A stretch of DNA of 64,000 nucleotides. It comes from the human T2T-CHM13v2.0 reference genome, Homo sapiens. The notes under the pieces were generated by a model. The model made no database searches. It was not told where the DNA came from and saw only the letters and a program-made list of their open reading frames with translations. A program made the position numbers and the translations under genes. This document shows, piece after piece, positions 27,511 through 40,893 of this stretch; the stretch's first letter is position 1; every line of letters starts with the position of its first letter. Location: the NCBI RefSeq assembly GCF_009914755.1, contig NC_060931.1. One strand, written 5' to 3'.

Positions 27511-30091
27511 TAGGATTTTATTCTTTATTATGGCTTTATAATATTCCATTGTGTATATAAAACCACATTTTCCTTATCCATGTGTCCACTGATGGGCACT
27601 TAGGTGGATTCCTTATCTTGGCTATTAACAGTGCTGTAACAAACATGGGAGTACAAATATCTCTTCAATATGCTCATGTCCTTCCTTGGAGAAATGTGTG
27701 TCCAAATCCTTTGTCCATTTAAAATACCTGGCAATGAGATTGCTAGATCATAAGGTAGTTCCATATTCTTAGTTTTCTGAAGAGCCTCCATACTGCTCTC
27801 CATAGTACTAACTTACATTCCCACCACTAGTGTTTGAGAGGTCCCCTTTCGCCATATCCTCACCATTTATTTTCAGTCTTTTTGATAATAGCCATTTTAA
27901 CTGAGATGAGGTGATATCTCATGGTTTTGATTTGCATTTCCCTAATGATTAGCGGTGTTGAGTATTTTTTCATATACCTGTTGGCCATTTACATGGTTTT
28001 TTTTTTTTGAGAAATGTCTATTCAAATAATTTGCCCATTTTTAAATCAGATTATTTGGTTTTTGGCTACTGAGTTGTTTGAGCTCTTTATATATTCTGGT
28101 TATTAATCCCATGTCAGATGAATAGCCTACAAATATTTTCTCTCATTCTGTGGGTTGTCTTTTCACTTTGTTGATTGTTTTCTTTGCTGTGCAGAAACTT
28201 TTTAGCTTGATGTAATCGTATTTGTCAATTTTTGCTTTGGTTGCCTGTGCTTTTGAGGCTTTACTCAAGAAATCTTTGCCCAAAACAATGTCCTGAAGCA
28301 TTTCCCCAAAGTTTTATTTTAGCATAATACTTTCATAGTTCCAGGTCTTACATTTAAGTCTTTGATTTTGAGTTGATTTTTGTACATGGCGAGAGACAGA
28401 AGTCTACTTTCATTCTTCTTCATATGGATATACAGTTTTCCCAGCACCATTTATTGAAGAGACAATGTCCTTTGCCCAATGGATGTTCTCAGCCCCTTTG
28501 TCAAAAATCAACTGGCTGTAAATGTGTGGCCCAGCATGCTTCTGTGTTAATCTGTAAAACACATTCTTAAAAGATTTTAGCTGACCAAAAGCGACACAAG
28601 AAGAAGAAAATATGATGAAATTGGAACAAAATAAATGCACACAATGGCATGGTTTTCATGGTTTGGGGCAGTAGGGCTGGTGGGGGAAGGAGATGGCCCC
28701 ACACTTAGCTCCAGGCTCCTGAGGGCCAAGGCAGAACGGGGAACGCTGTTAGTCACAACATCATGGTGTCCATCGGATGAAAAAAACTTGCGAGAAAAGA
28801 TAGTGTTTCTTGAAAAGAAAACAGTCTTTCTGATACTGGAATGTGCTGAAAACTTCTTTTTGGGTCTTCCCAAAAAGAACACAGCTCCAACTGGTGTGGA
28901 AGAGTGGGGGTTTCAGGGAGGACCTCACCAGAGGGGAAACTGAAACTGACGAATGTAATCTAACATTTAACTCTGGAGAGTGTTGTTGAAGGCTTCCGCA
29001 GAGTTGGTGGAGAGCAGAGTTGGTGGAGACCGTGGAACTCAAGCAAACATCTGAAATAAACTAAGCTAATGAAACCACGAGGCCATTTTGAACTCAAGGA
29101 AAATAAAAAAAGTTGTCCAATAAAAGCGCAATTTTAGTGTTCTACACTGGCTCAACAGTCAGCAAAACGTAGTCAAAATAATGATGATACTAAATGTGGA
29201 TTTAACCAGATATTTTAAATACATTTTACTTTCGTGTAATCGGTACTGATATAAACATATATACTGAGAGGATAGAGGAAGAGAGATTAAATAATGTCTA
29301 GCACTGTTAAATCAAGAGCTAGAAGGTATGTGTATTATTTTAAAATGTGGAGGCAAATAGTAGAAGAACCAGCTAAATAAGAGTTGAAAGTAGTTCTTCT
29401 GAGAAGCAGACCACAACGGTGGGGCATGGGGAAGATTGTGTTAAGCTGTGACATTATTAAACTTTCCATTTATATACATATATTACTTTATTTAAAAATG
29501 AAATAAACTTGTTAAATACAGGAAAAGTCACCTATGGTCAATGTTCCCTGTGATCACTATTTCTTTAAAGGGGCACAGGTGAGACCACGCTAGGAGAAGA
29601 AAACTCTTTCATCAGGAGGGGCATCCCACTGAGTCACTGAAGCCCCCAGTGCTGTGAGGTCCAAGAACGTGCTGCTCTCCCCTGGGAGGCCTGTCTTGAT
29701 GTCAAGATCCCACCAGCCCCAGACAAAGCAGCACACAACTGACCCATGGCAGGAGGGAGGCACTCAGAGGCGCAGCCAGGAGGGAAGAAGCCTGCTCTCC
29801 CCATCCTCTTTCTGGCCCAGTATGCATGGCTGAATTCACCTTAGGATAAACACAGGTATGACTACACTCCAGTATGACTAGAAAAATAACACAGGCGTGA
29901 CTGCAGTTGGAATCACAGCTTGCGGGCCACACTGGTTACACATCCACCGGGACTCAAGAGGGATCCACTGAGCTGAACACTGCCTGCTCGTGCTCTGTGC
30001 CTAAGGCTCCCTGTCTGGCAAGCCCCATGGAAGCTCACAGATCTGTCATTTGTGGAGAGCTGCAGCTCTTGTGTTTAAAAAGGAATGATTT

Positions 30092-30396
30092 GGCTGGGTG
30101 CAGTGACTCACACCAGCACTCTGGGAGGCTGAGGTAGGCGGATCCCTTGAGCCCAGGAGTTTGAGAACAGCCCGGGCCACACAGCAAGACCCCAACTCTA
30201 CAAAAAAAAAATACAAAAATTAGCATGGTGGCACATGCCTGTAATACCAGCTATTCAGGAAGCTGAGGTGGGAGGACCACCTGAGCCTGAGAGGTCAAGG
30301 TTGCGATGAGCCGTGATTGCACCACTGCACTCCAGTCTGGGTGACAGAATGAGACCCTGTCTCAATTAAAAAAAATAAAATAAAGAAAAGAAAAAG
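30092..30396 (+). mobile_element. AluJ
   Basis: TTGAGCCCAGGAGTTTGAG, CAGCAAGACCC, GAGGTCAAGG; high divergence. Confidence 0.92.
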
Positions 30397-30739
30397 TGAA
30401 AAAACGGAAGGATTTACTAAGCCCAGCTGTTCAATCAGCTCACAGATACTCACTAAGCACTCCACAGCTCTGGCCTGTGCTAGAAGCCAAGGACTCAGTC
30501 ATGAGGAGGGCACAGGTGGTGCCATCTCCTGAGTTACAAGACAGTCGAGGGAGATGTAGACAGGATCTGACCCATGAATGAAGATATAATTCCCAGGTAG
30601 CTCACTAAGTTGAGAATAGTTGTACAAAGAGAACACTTAAGGGAAAGGCGGAATTATATGCTCTATGGACCGTGAGGTGGTAGGATGCAAGAAGTTTTGG
30701 CAAAACTGAAATGAGCCTAAATCAATACGCCATGATGAA

Positions 30740-30985
30740 CTGAATCTCCCAACAGAAAAAGGGACATTAATGGAAAAACTGGAGAGATCCAAATAAAGCA
30801 ATTTTAATTAATAGCAATATACCAATGTTGGTTTCCTTTTTAGGCAAATGCAGCATGGCAATGTAAGTTATTAAATTAGTGGAAACTGGGTTATACAGCA
30901 ACTCTGTATTTGCTCTGCAAATGTGCTTTGCAAATTTTCTATAAATCTAAACTTATTCCAAAATTAAAAGTTGATTTAAAAAATA
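30740..30985 (+). mobile_element. L1MC/ME 3'-end fragment
   Basis: GGACATTAATGGAAAAACTGG...TTCTATAAATCTAAACTTATTCCAAAATTAAAAGTT. Confidence 0.7.
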
Positions 30986-33900
30986 TACAAATATATTGTG
31001 CTCCCCCGCCAAGAAATAAGTGATACCACCACGACCACCACCACCCCTGAATTAAGGCTCCAGCTTTGAAGCACAGAGCCCAAAGGGAGGGGCGATGGAG
31101 CAGAGGCCAGCAGGCCGAGAGCTCAGGCCATGCAGAGCCTGGGAGGCTAAGCCATGGGATCAGGTCTGCATCCTAAAACCAACAGGAAGCACCTCCACAA
31201 ATGGGAGCTACAGGCCTTGTCCCCAGTGCCCCTGAACATGGAGAAGGACAGCCTTCATTTCACTGATGAGCGAGTCAGAGCAGAGATGACTCAGCAACAC
31301 AGCTCTCTCGACCCACATTCTGCCAACCGCCCAGACTGGCAGAAGGCCATGCAATTTGTAATCCCTCTGACCTGGATTTTAGCAGCCCCAGGTCAGCTGT
31401 TAAGACTTGGGAGAAGCCGACAGAGCTGTAGGAGGGAGTGGTGGGTTGGGTCTTGATTCCACTGTTCTCACCTAATGCCAGCTAACATCCAGATCCAACC
31501 CTGTCCCACCTCTGAGGCTGGGGACGGGGGACAAAGGGGCTCCAGGGGTTCCACAGATAACAGGACCCCAACAGGACTGAGGCTACCTTCCCCCTGGGGC
31601 TACATGCATTCATGTAGAAATGAATAGGAAGAGTGGCAGGCAAGGTGGGCTCCAAGGCTTTCTAAGGTTGATGCCATACACACACCAAGGCTGGGAGTGA
31701 AATTTGGGCTAATTAACAGTGACATGTAAGTACAGGAATCTTTAATTTAAACGTAAGCCTCTGCATACCAATAAACCTTGCCAACTTTTTGGGAGTTACA
31801 GAACCTCATGTAAACTTGAGAAACAACAGGAATACACCTTTACAGAGAGCTCTGGAGCACGGAACTAAGTATGCCCATCATGCAACCCTTTACTTGACTA
31901 ACAAACCAGTTGAGTTGGGAATGATCGTCTCCTACTAGCTACCAATAGACATGTTTTGTTTGGCCCATGATAGCTTTGAGATAAAGAAACTTTACACAAA
32001 ATCTAGATATTCAATTTTTCCTGAAAAATCCAAAGACTCATTAACCATCAGCTAGACCTGAGTGGTGCCTGGTTCCCTCTTCCCCGCCATATCTTTCACA
32101 CAGCAAGATCTTTTCCATTTTACCACACTTCCCATCACTCCCTAGTAGATGTGGCTGGGCAGGCTGTGCCCTGAGCCTGCAGGCATGTGCATTTACTACC
32201 CTGTGCACAGAGAATGTCTCTTCTTCCAACTTCTCTTAAAAGCACACCAGCAGTTTCAGTCACCTGTTTGATTCCCCTCCAAGGGCTTTCTAAAAATTTC
32301 CACCAAAATACCCCGACAGCCACCTAAGACCGTGACCGCAGATTCTGGGAATGGGAGGCAGGTGAATGGAGATGTGGTCTTAAATGACACTCAGTGGGAT
32401 GCAAAATTTGTCTGACATCCCAAGCTTTACCTTAGAAGTTCACGCCCTTGCATTCTATTTCGTTTACACATGTTGTATTCTACTCCATTATATATTTGCA
32501 TTAAATTTCACACATAATGTTTTCAATTATCAATTAAAAGGTTGCCTTTAACCCCCAACCCCTAAACATGTCAAGTAAAATGGGGGCTCCAGGAAGATCT
32601 GCCAGGTTTATGCTGCCTGTGTCTTCCCCTCCTCCCAGCAGACCCCAATGACTAATTTGAGAAGAGCAGTGGCTGACCGCCTGGTCCTCAGAGGCTCCGC
32701 CCTCTGCCCCTCCGGACTCGGGGATACCCCGGGGGATCCCTGGCTTACCTTCCTGTTTTCTCACATTAGAGCTGGGATGCATATCTGTCCTCACTTACAG
32801 GGACCTGCATTCGTTCCATGAGAGGCAAAGCTACTCCTTACTTAGCATTCAGATGAGTCCCACACTCCCAAACATGCTGTCTGCTCTATGCAGGCCATCC
32901 AGCAAGATGCATGGGTGTGGGTGAACACGCCTGCTACTGGGGAGTACAAAGCTCTCTTTCATGCACACTTTCTAAGGGACTCTAACCATCTTTACTTTTA
33001 CTAGCCTTGTGCTTGGGTTTACCACATTCCTCTTGGCCCAGGACTACATTCAGAAATCTGGGAAATATAGTCCATAATCACCAGCACTCTTGCTCTGTAG
33101 ATTATAAGTAGACGAAAGATGAAAGAAAACTGGCAAGCAACTGGGTTCTATAACAGGCATTGCAGGATCATGAGATCCCAGCATTTCCCAAACCCAACAA
33201 AATCCACCCTGGGGGGATGTTGTTTTATCATCATTTATATCTAGGAAGAGCCCAGGGTGACCACAGTGAGACTGGCCATCTGGAGGCACGGGGCCTGAGG
33301 GCAGACCCACCTATGAGGCATGGAAGTTGGGAGATTTAAACACAGGGGAAAAACAGGTAGGGGCGTGTCTAGCAGTGAAAACAACACTCCAAGAGGCTTG
33401 CCAACAGACAATGGGCAGTCCAGGCAGCTAGAGACCAGGTACTCCAAATGCGCCTAAATTACCTAAAGGTTCGACAGGGGAGATAGGACCAGTTAATCAT
33501 AAACCACTCCAAAACACTGAAAGCATCCAAGGGCCATTTACATAGACAGTCATGGGGCAAAAAGATGAACAAGGGGTCTAAGCTTCCCAATAATCTGCCG
33601 TTCTCTCAGGGCAAGTGGCCCTCACGATCAGGCATACAGACTCCCTTGAACTAGGCAGACTGATGGCACATGCACGGGCCCATGGCTTAATTTCTCCTAA
33701 GACCCCCAAATCCGTAGCCAGTCTGGAGTCTGGACAAAAGCTGAAGAACCAAGTGAACCTGAAACACTGCTTCTGCGACTGAGACTGAACCAGACCTCAA
33801 TCTTTCACAGAGACCTTTTCCCTTTCTCCACTGTCAAAAAAAGGCTCTGCTCCACATTCAGCCATCTGCTGCAGGTGGCCGGCAGGAGCAGGACACACTG

Positions 33901-34699
33901 GCGGACACTCTGCAGTGCGACCAGCCGTGTACCTTGGGCCCTGGGCAGTTACCCTGGGAACAGAAACAAGCGGAGGAAGCACCTGCAATGAGCAGAAGCT
34001 CATCTAAGCTCATCTACATCCTTTCCCCAAACAGTACGTTCTAGGCACACATCCACTTAGACAAAGAACACCTCCTTCTTTCCATACAAGAGAGTATGCA
34101 CACATTCTACAAGAGATCCCCCTTTACAAAAATCTCACATATTAAAATGCCATTGCTCCCCTCCTCCATGAGCGGTGCTCTCAAATCTTGCTTGGAAAAA
34201 GACTTTTTCCCACCCCCATCCCCATCATGGTCACTGCAGAGACTGCCTACCCGGACCAGGAAAACCAACAGTCCCTGGTCATCCACTTCATGAGCCAGGC
34301 CTCTCCTCAGCATGATAGCCTGAGTGCCACCACAGGCCGGGCCAAGGGGACTGCACAGCCGTGCACAGGCGCTACTCCCCAGAACAAGGGAGGGTCCTGG
34401 AAATGCCAGCGCCTGGGAAAAGGAACAGCATTTCCTTCACTGCATCAGTCCAAGGACTCCTGGCAGAATCCACTTCCTGGAATAGCAATAAAGCCGCCAT
34501 AAAAGCCGAAGGTGCGACACCAGCCCAACAGCAGCCACTAGGTGCCGCAGTCTGGCAGGTGCCACCCTCTGGAGAGAAAATCTGCCAACACAGATTGTAA
34601 ACAAACGTACCTAAGTGTACATAAATAAGGGCGAAGATCCAAACCTTGTAACACAGGCAACACTTATTTTTGCCCTAAGAAACAATGATAGAATATTTA

Positions 34700-35190
34700 A
34701 CTCCATGGTCTCGTACACTGCTGGAGGGAATATAAATTTGGTTTGAAAAAAGCTTTCTGAAAGTTTGCAGTCTGGAAATATATATCAGATGTCTTTAAAT
34801 CTGTCAGTAAGCTCCGGTCTAGGCATTCTATTTCTAGAAATCCATCCTTTAAAAAAGTCCAAAATGTACAAAGATGTTCATTTCAGCATTCTTACAATAT
34901 ATAAAAACGGGAACAAATTAAATACTCAATGTCAGGGGCACTCGCGAGTCCACCATTAGCCCTATCGCGAAGGATTATACAGCCGCTAACAGGCTGATGG
35001 GTAATTTTTAACGGAATGGAAATGCTCGTGACAGAAGGATGCACTATTGAGTATATGTTAACGACCAGTGTATGAAAATTGCGCAGAAAATGGCTGGAAG
35101 GAAAACATGACCTATTTTCGTGTCTGTATATTTTTCTACTTTCCAATTATTCCACAATTAGAATGCATTAGGCTTATTTTCATAATAAAG
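34700..35190 (+). mobile_element. Old L1ME-like remnant
   Basis: TACACTGCTGGAGGGAATATAAATTTGG, ATTCTATTTCTAGAAATCCATCC, ACAAAGATGTTCATTTCAGCATT. Confidence 0.65.
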
Positions 35191-36054
35191 CAATTAAATT
35201 TTAGAGTCAGAGGCTACACTGGCTTGAAGGAATCAGGGCAGGCTTCCTGGAGAAGGCTGTATCTAAAATGAGAACTAAGAGACACACAGGACAGCCCGAG
35301 AAGAGGGAAGGGCATGGTGACAGGCGAAGGGGCACATGACAGCATGAAGACACTGAGTGCTCTGGTTGGGTTGGCAAATTATCTCCCTGTTATGCAGAGA
35401 AAACAACAAACCATGAGCCCTACCATCCCGCAGACATAACTTCCCTCATCAGCCATAGCATTCTTCCAGACTTCTCTACAGCAAGGCACTCCAGGCTGTC
35501 GCTACCAAGAAGACAAGCAAGGCTTCATGTGAAATAAACCTATTTGCCATGCTTGCTGCTGTTTCATCACTCCTAGAGTCAATGGAAGTTTTCACTGACA
35601 TCAAAGCAATGTCCTGGAATGTTAGGGCGTGGAGCACCAGAACCCCACGTGCACACCGTACACCTGTGCTGGCAAATACGTCCAGCAGGGCTGAAACAGC
35701 ACAAAATGCTTTCCCTTCAAAATCGGGTTCTGAGTGCTCCCCAAAGCATGCCTCGAAAGTCAATTCTCCCATCAGACGCAAATAATTAAATGCACAAACA
35801 CTTGGTGTTTCTTTCCCTCAGGAAATCTGTCAATAAGCTCTGGTCTAGTTTTTCCATTTCTAGAAATGGAAAAGGTCACCTTGTTTTTCCCCCTTCCCTT
35901 AGGAAAAAGGGAAAGAAACTCCAAGTGGGGAAGGGTTCAACACGGTCAGGGCTGAGGTGGAGGAAGAGGGCCTCTCTTTCATCTTACACGCAGTGGGAGG
36001 GAAAGCAGAAAAAATCTGAAGGAGGAAATTATCAAATACAAAATACATGTTGAA

Positions 36055-36343
36055 GGCTGGGCGGGGTGGCTCACGCCTGTAATCCCAGCACTTTGGGAGG
36101 CCCAGGAGCGTGGATCACTTGAGATCAGCAGTTTGAGACCAGCCGGGCCAACATGGTGAATCCCCGTCTCTACTAAAAATACAAAAATTAGCCACACATG
36201 GTGGCGCATGCCTATAGTTGCAGCTACTTGGGGGTCTGAGGCATGAGAATCGCTTGAACCTAGGAGGCAGAGGTTGCAGTGACCCTGCAGCCTGGGCAAC
36301 AAGAGTGAGACTGTGTCCAAAAAAAAAAAAAAAAAAAAAAAAA
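36055..36343 (+). mobile_element. AluS with a ~20-bp right-arm deletion
   Basis: GCAGTGA joined to CCCTGCAGCCTGGG; long A tail. Confidence 0.93.
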
Positions 36344-36859
36344 GGTGTTGACAAGGTGTGGAGGTGGAGGGAAAGCCCTGGGAGCCAGGTTAGCCAGGTC
36401 AGGGACCAGTGACCCTGTGGAAAAGGAAGCAGTGGGCCTACAAGGGTTGAGGTCTGTGCCTCTGCTAGTTATTAACATGCACTGCATGGGCAAGGCAGTC
36501 CACTGAGGGACTGGGTAAGATGGACAAATATAAGCACCTTTTGGATTTAGAAATAGCAATGACAGAAAGAAGGTAATTTAGCTGATTTTAAAACCTCCGT
36601 ACAAAATGCCTCTCCTCCCAAGAAGCTCAGACTATCGCAAAATGCTGTTCTCTTCATAGGAATGGGGTGGGAAATAGTTTCCCATTTCTGTCTTAAATCA
36701 AATGGCTGCCTCTATCAGAAAGCAGATGACACATATTAAGGATGCCAGCTACCCCTTATTAGACACCCATTATTTTTCAGACCTACACACTCACACAGGA
36801 TGGATCTCCATGCTTACACATGCCCAGCAACACAAGCATGATTTTCCCAGGGTGACAAA

Positions 36860-36960
36860 TGAAGTCTAGGAAAACGCTAAGTGATTGATGCCTCAAAAGA
36901 AAGTGCTGGAACCAGGTCTGTGTGGCTCCAAAGTTGCCCTTTTCCTACCATATGACACCG
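36860..36960 (-). mobile_element. MIR 5' fragment
   Basis: AAGTGATT...CCAGGTCTGTGTGGCTCCAAAG...TTTTCCTACCA resembles the antisense MIR 5' end. Confidence 0.45.
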
Positions 36961-38048
36961 CCTTCCAACAATGGGGGGCACTCAGGTCCTGGAGCCCCAG
37001 CCCCTCCGAAGGCAGGAGTCTGGTCGCCAGGTTGCCGGCACACGGAGTTCACGCAGAGAGGCAGCAAGTGGAGCCTGTTCTCCTAGGAAACCTCCCATGG
37101 GCTGAGTCACTCAGCCATGCTCAACCCAGAAAGGTGACGGAGCACTATGGCAACACAACAGGATTTCCTCCTAGACTAAACTCCTGAACCCGAAGAAAAA
37201 ATTATACGTGCTGCTAGCTGCAAATTGCTGACAAATGCTAAGGCGCTGTAGGAAAAGACATGCAACCGAAATCTGTCTGCTGCACCATTCCAATCAAAGT
37301 CAGGTGGGAGCTTTTTGTCTGAGTTTCAGTGTTATTGCTACAGCAAAAATGACAAATGCTTGACAATATAATTATGACTGTCAATCTTCCTAAAATAAAC
37401 TTGGAAACATTCAAAGAGTAACAGTATAGGCAGACAAGTTAATTATATCTCATAATCTCATTTCCAATATATGTGTTGCCCTAGCAGGAGGCATTGTTGG
37501 AAAGGAGCTGCAGTTCGTCTGTTATACAGGCTATTTTTATATTTTAGATTCATATTTTAGTTCCAACACCTAACAGGATTTTATTGGGGAGAAATTTTCA
37601 TTTCTACTTTTGCAGTACTTGGGAGGAGTCACCAGTAAAAACCTCTTTAAGGGGACTGCTTCCCAGAGTGAGGAAAATAAAAAGACTAGCCTGGGGAGCA
37701 ACGGGCTGTTTTCCCATGTTGCAGACCCAAAGGTCACTAGGCTTGGCTGTAAACTCCAATTCATTTACCATAAAATAAATATTATTTAGATGATAGATCT
37801 AGGCCTAACATTTCTGGTTTTCATTTAAATATATCCCTTAACGAAACCAATGATACAAATTAGGGGTCAAAAGTAAATACTTTTCTCAACCCTTCCAGAA
37901 GCCCCCACTCCCTGACCTCAATCCCTGCAACCCCACCCCACCCCTACCACACAAACACCACGACTGCTTCCTTCCATCACATCCCAGATAAAGAGCTCCG
38001 TCCTCAACACCTGGTTCCCCTGATATCTCTGTGCTCCCTTCCCCTGCA

Positions 38049-38052
<4 letters not shown>

Positions 38053-38096
<44 letters not shown>
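38053..38096. repeat. (CA)n microsatellite
   Basis: About 22 CA units. Confidence 0.97.
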
Positions 38097-38100
<4 letters not shown>

Positions 38101-38559
38101 CCTCTTCCTAGGCCTAGCAACGAGGCATCATTTCCTTTCAGATTGCAGCCGCACAGCAGGGCTGCTCCCAAGTCTCTCCTGTTCAGCTGCACAGGCTTGC
38201 ACTGCACAACTCAGGGGACAACATTTACAAAGACCATGCTGAGGAAGGCATGTCCTGGAGGGATCCATCATGGCAACCGTAGCTGCTACCTGCCCTGCTC
38301 AAGACTTACGATATTAGACCTCTTTACTTACCATCCTTCATGGTTGCCAAAATGCAAAAGCTTATCCAAAATTGTGATTACTGGTAAAGAAGAGAGACAG
38401 AGAGGTATGCCAGTAAGAGTTTTATCTCTTATTGAGAGATAGTCCCTAAAACTTTCCAAGTGGCTGGTCAATCCTAAAATGAAACAAGGTTACACATGTG
38501 TGATGCCTGCTGCCTCCTTATCTAATACAGCACCTGGTTCAGGGCAAGGGCTGTGGAGT

Positions 38560-39300
38560 TGCCAAGGTCAGGAGAGGGCAGGTCTATCTCGTTCCATCCA
38601 GGATCTCACAGGGCACTGAAGAGCACTGGGAACTAACTTGAGGGTGGCTGGAATTTTTCCCATAGGCCAATAGGGTACCATTAGTGGATTTCAAGAAGAA
38701 AAGTAACAGATCAGACAAAGGTTTCAAAAGCTCACATGGGCAGAATGGAGAAGAAACATCCCAAGGACTGTACACGAGGAAAATGGCCTGGACTGAGTCA
38801 GGAATAGAGAAAACGGGGCCTGGGAGAGGCACATTCTAGAAACTTTGAGTAAAAAATTGCAGAACTTGGGTTGCCGAGGATGTAGGGATGGTGAGGTTTC
38901 TGGAGCACTGTCCTGGATGGGAGGCAGTGCCATGGACTGACACAGAACCAATGGGCGGAGCTTTGGGGAAAGGGTGAGCTCTGCTTCAGATACACTGTCT
39001 GAGGCCTCTGGGCCACCCTGGAGGAGGTCTCTGTTAGACAACTGGGTCGATAGGGGCTGGAGCTCAGCAGGGAATTCTTGGACCAGAAATATAGATTTTG
39101 GAGACATTCACATAAACAACTGTCATTGAAGATTTAGATGTAGATGAGATTCCCCAGGATTTTTCGCAGAATGAGGAGAGGAGGAAGACCTCACCCAAGC
39201 GCAGGAGACATCAGCATCTGAGGCTGAGATGAGGGTCTGGGAATGGAGAAGGAAAGCTTCCAAGGTGGCTGCTTTTTGCCGCATCTCCCGAAGGAGAAAA
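38560..39300 (-). mobile_element. L2 remnant
   Basis: Antisense L2-like GGATTTCAAGAAGAAAAGTAACAGATCAGA and AGAAATATAGATTTTGGAGACATTCACATA. Confidence 0.6.
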
Positions 39301-40893
39301 TCAGGTGAAAGGTGCTGTTTACAAATTAAACCACTACAATGAATCATGCCTCTAGGCCACAAGAAAAATCCATCAGAAACTTAAGTTACATAGAGAAATA
39401 TACTTTTTAAAAAGGAACCAGTCTTAAAATAAATTTCCAATCTGCCTGTAGAACTTGGAGAAGTAGTGGAGGGAAAAGGAGAGATGGAAGCAAAGCATAG
39501 GACAGGGACCAAAGCCTGAAGGGGGAAGCGACAGGAGAGGGAGGGTGCTCTGCATGGACAGCTTGCCCTCCCGACCACCCCCCAGCTCAATCGCTGGCCC
39601 CAGGGAAGCAGACTGCATGACAATCGCTCACTTTCAGCACTACCATTTCCGCACATGTGAAAGCTGGAAAGAACAACTACTGCCTCTTTTCACCGCACAG
39701 ATGACCTTTGCTAAATCCCTTAACTTCTCAACCTCACTTTGTGAATCTGTAAAATGAGCGGCAACATGTAGCTTCCAGGGCTACCATGAGGGACACAGTG
39801 GGGGTAACCACTAGGACACTGCCCAGCACCTTTTAGGTGCCAGATAAGATCCAGCTCTTAGTGGTCATGCCATTTGGGTCCAGGGTATTGTTCTAAGCAG
39901 CCCTTCTCCTTTTCCTAAGTATCAAGAGCTCCTCAGGCATGGGCTCCTCTTCATTTCGCTAGTGCATACCTCATTATTATTGAAAACGGTAGTAGTCATC
40001 AATTACCACTGACACAGCAGGAGGCTCTGCTGGGAACATAATTCTTTATGAGAATTTTGAAACAATAAACTAAATTTTGCTCACATAGTTCCTGCTTACA
40101 AAAACCTTTCGGGGACTGCAGTATCATAGAGACTGCTTATGCTGGACTCCCTTCAGTGAGCTCTGCTGATGAACACAGCACAAAGCAAATAAATATAAAC
40201 GAATGAATAACACCAATAGCCATCAGCAAAACTCACTTGTTTTCTTTTCCATGTGTTCTAAGATGTTTCCCCGTAGATTTCGCCTCTCTAATAACCTGTA
40301 TATGATAATGAGAACATGGGTATGTGCTGGAAGCCCCTCTGCTGCTTACCTATGAGGGGCCCCAAGCACTCAATGTATGAAACAGAAAGCTGCTGCACTC
40401 ACCTAGTGTCCCTAAGGGCAGCCTCTGCTCTCTCCCAGCCACCTGCTGAGCTTCCTCTGAGACCTTCTGAGCCCAGCCTGCCACAAAGGACTGGGTGAGT
40501 GCAGGCTACCTAGCAAGGCAGGAGGAGGTGGGAGAGACAGGGGTTCAGCCCAGCAGGACAATGACCCTGACTCATTCCACCAGGTCTCAAGGCCACAGTG
40601 AGCCTTGCCAGTTCCTTTCTAAGCCATCCTCCAGTTCGCAAACCTGTTCATCCACTTCTGGATTCCATGAGCCAAAATTCTCATCTTCCAAATTTCCACA
40701 TTCTATTTATAATAAAGACACATTACTTAGGATAACATGATGGAGTTTCTCAGTCTCTTAATAACCAAAATGCATAACGTGAACCAGCAACAGGAACTCC
40801 CTCCACGACAGGCCATGATGGAACCTCAAAGAGAAAAATGCTATGATTATATAAACTTCACACATTGGGGCTTTAAGAACATACTCTGAAGTC

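Noticed and set aside
29845-29915. Degenerate repeated CACAGG(T/C)(A/G)TGACT units resembling a repeat-spacer array
   Set aside because: Only 2-3 imperfect copies with irregular spacing; a local duplication, not a CRISPR-like array.
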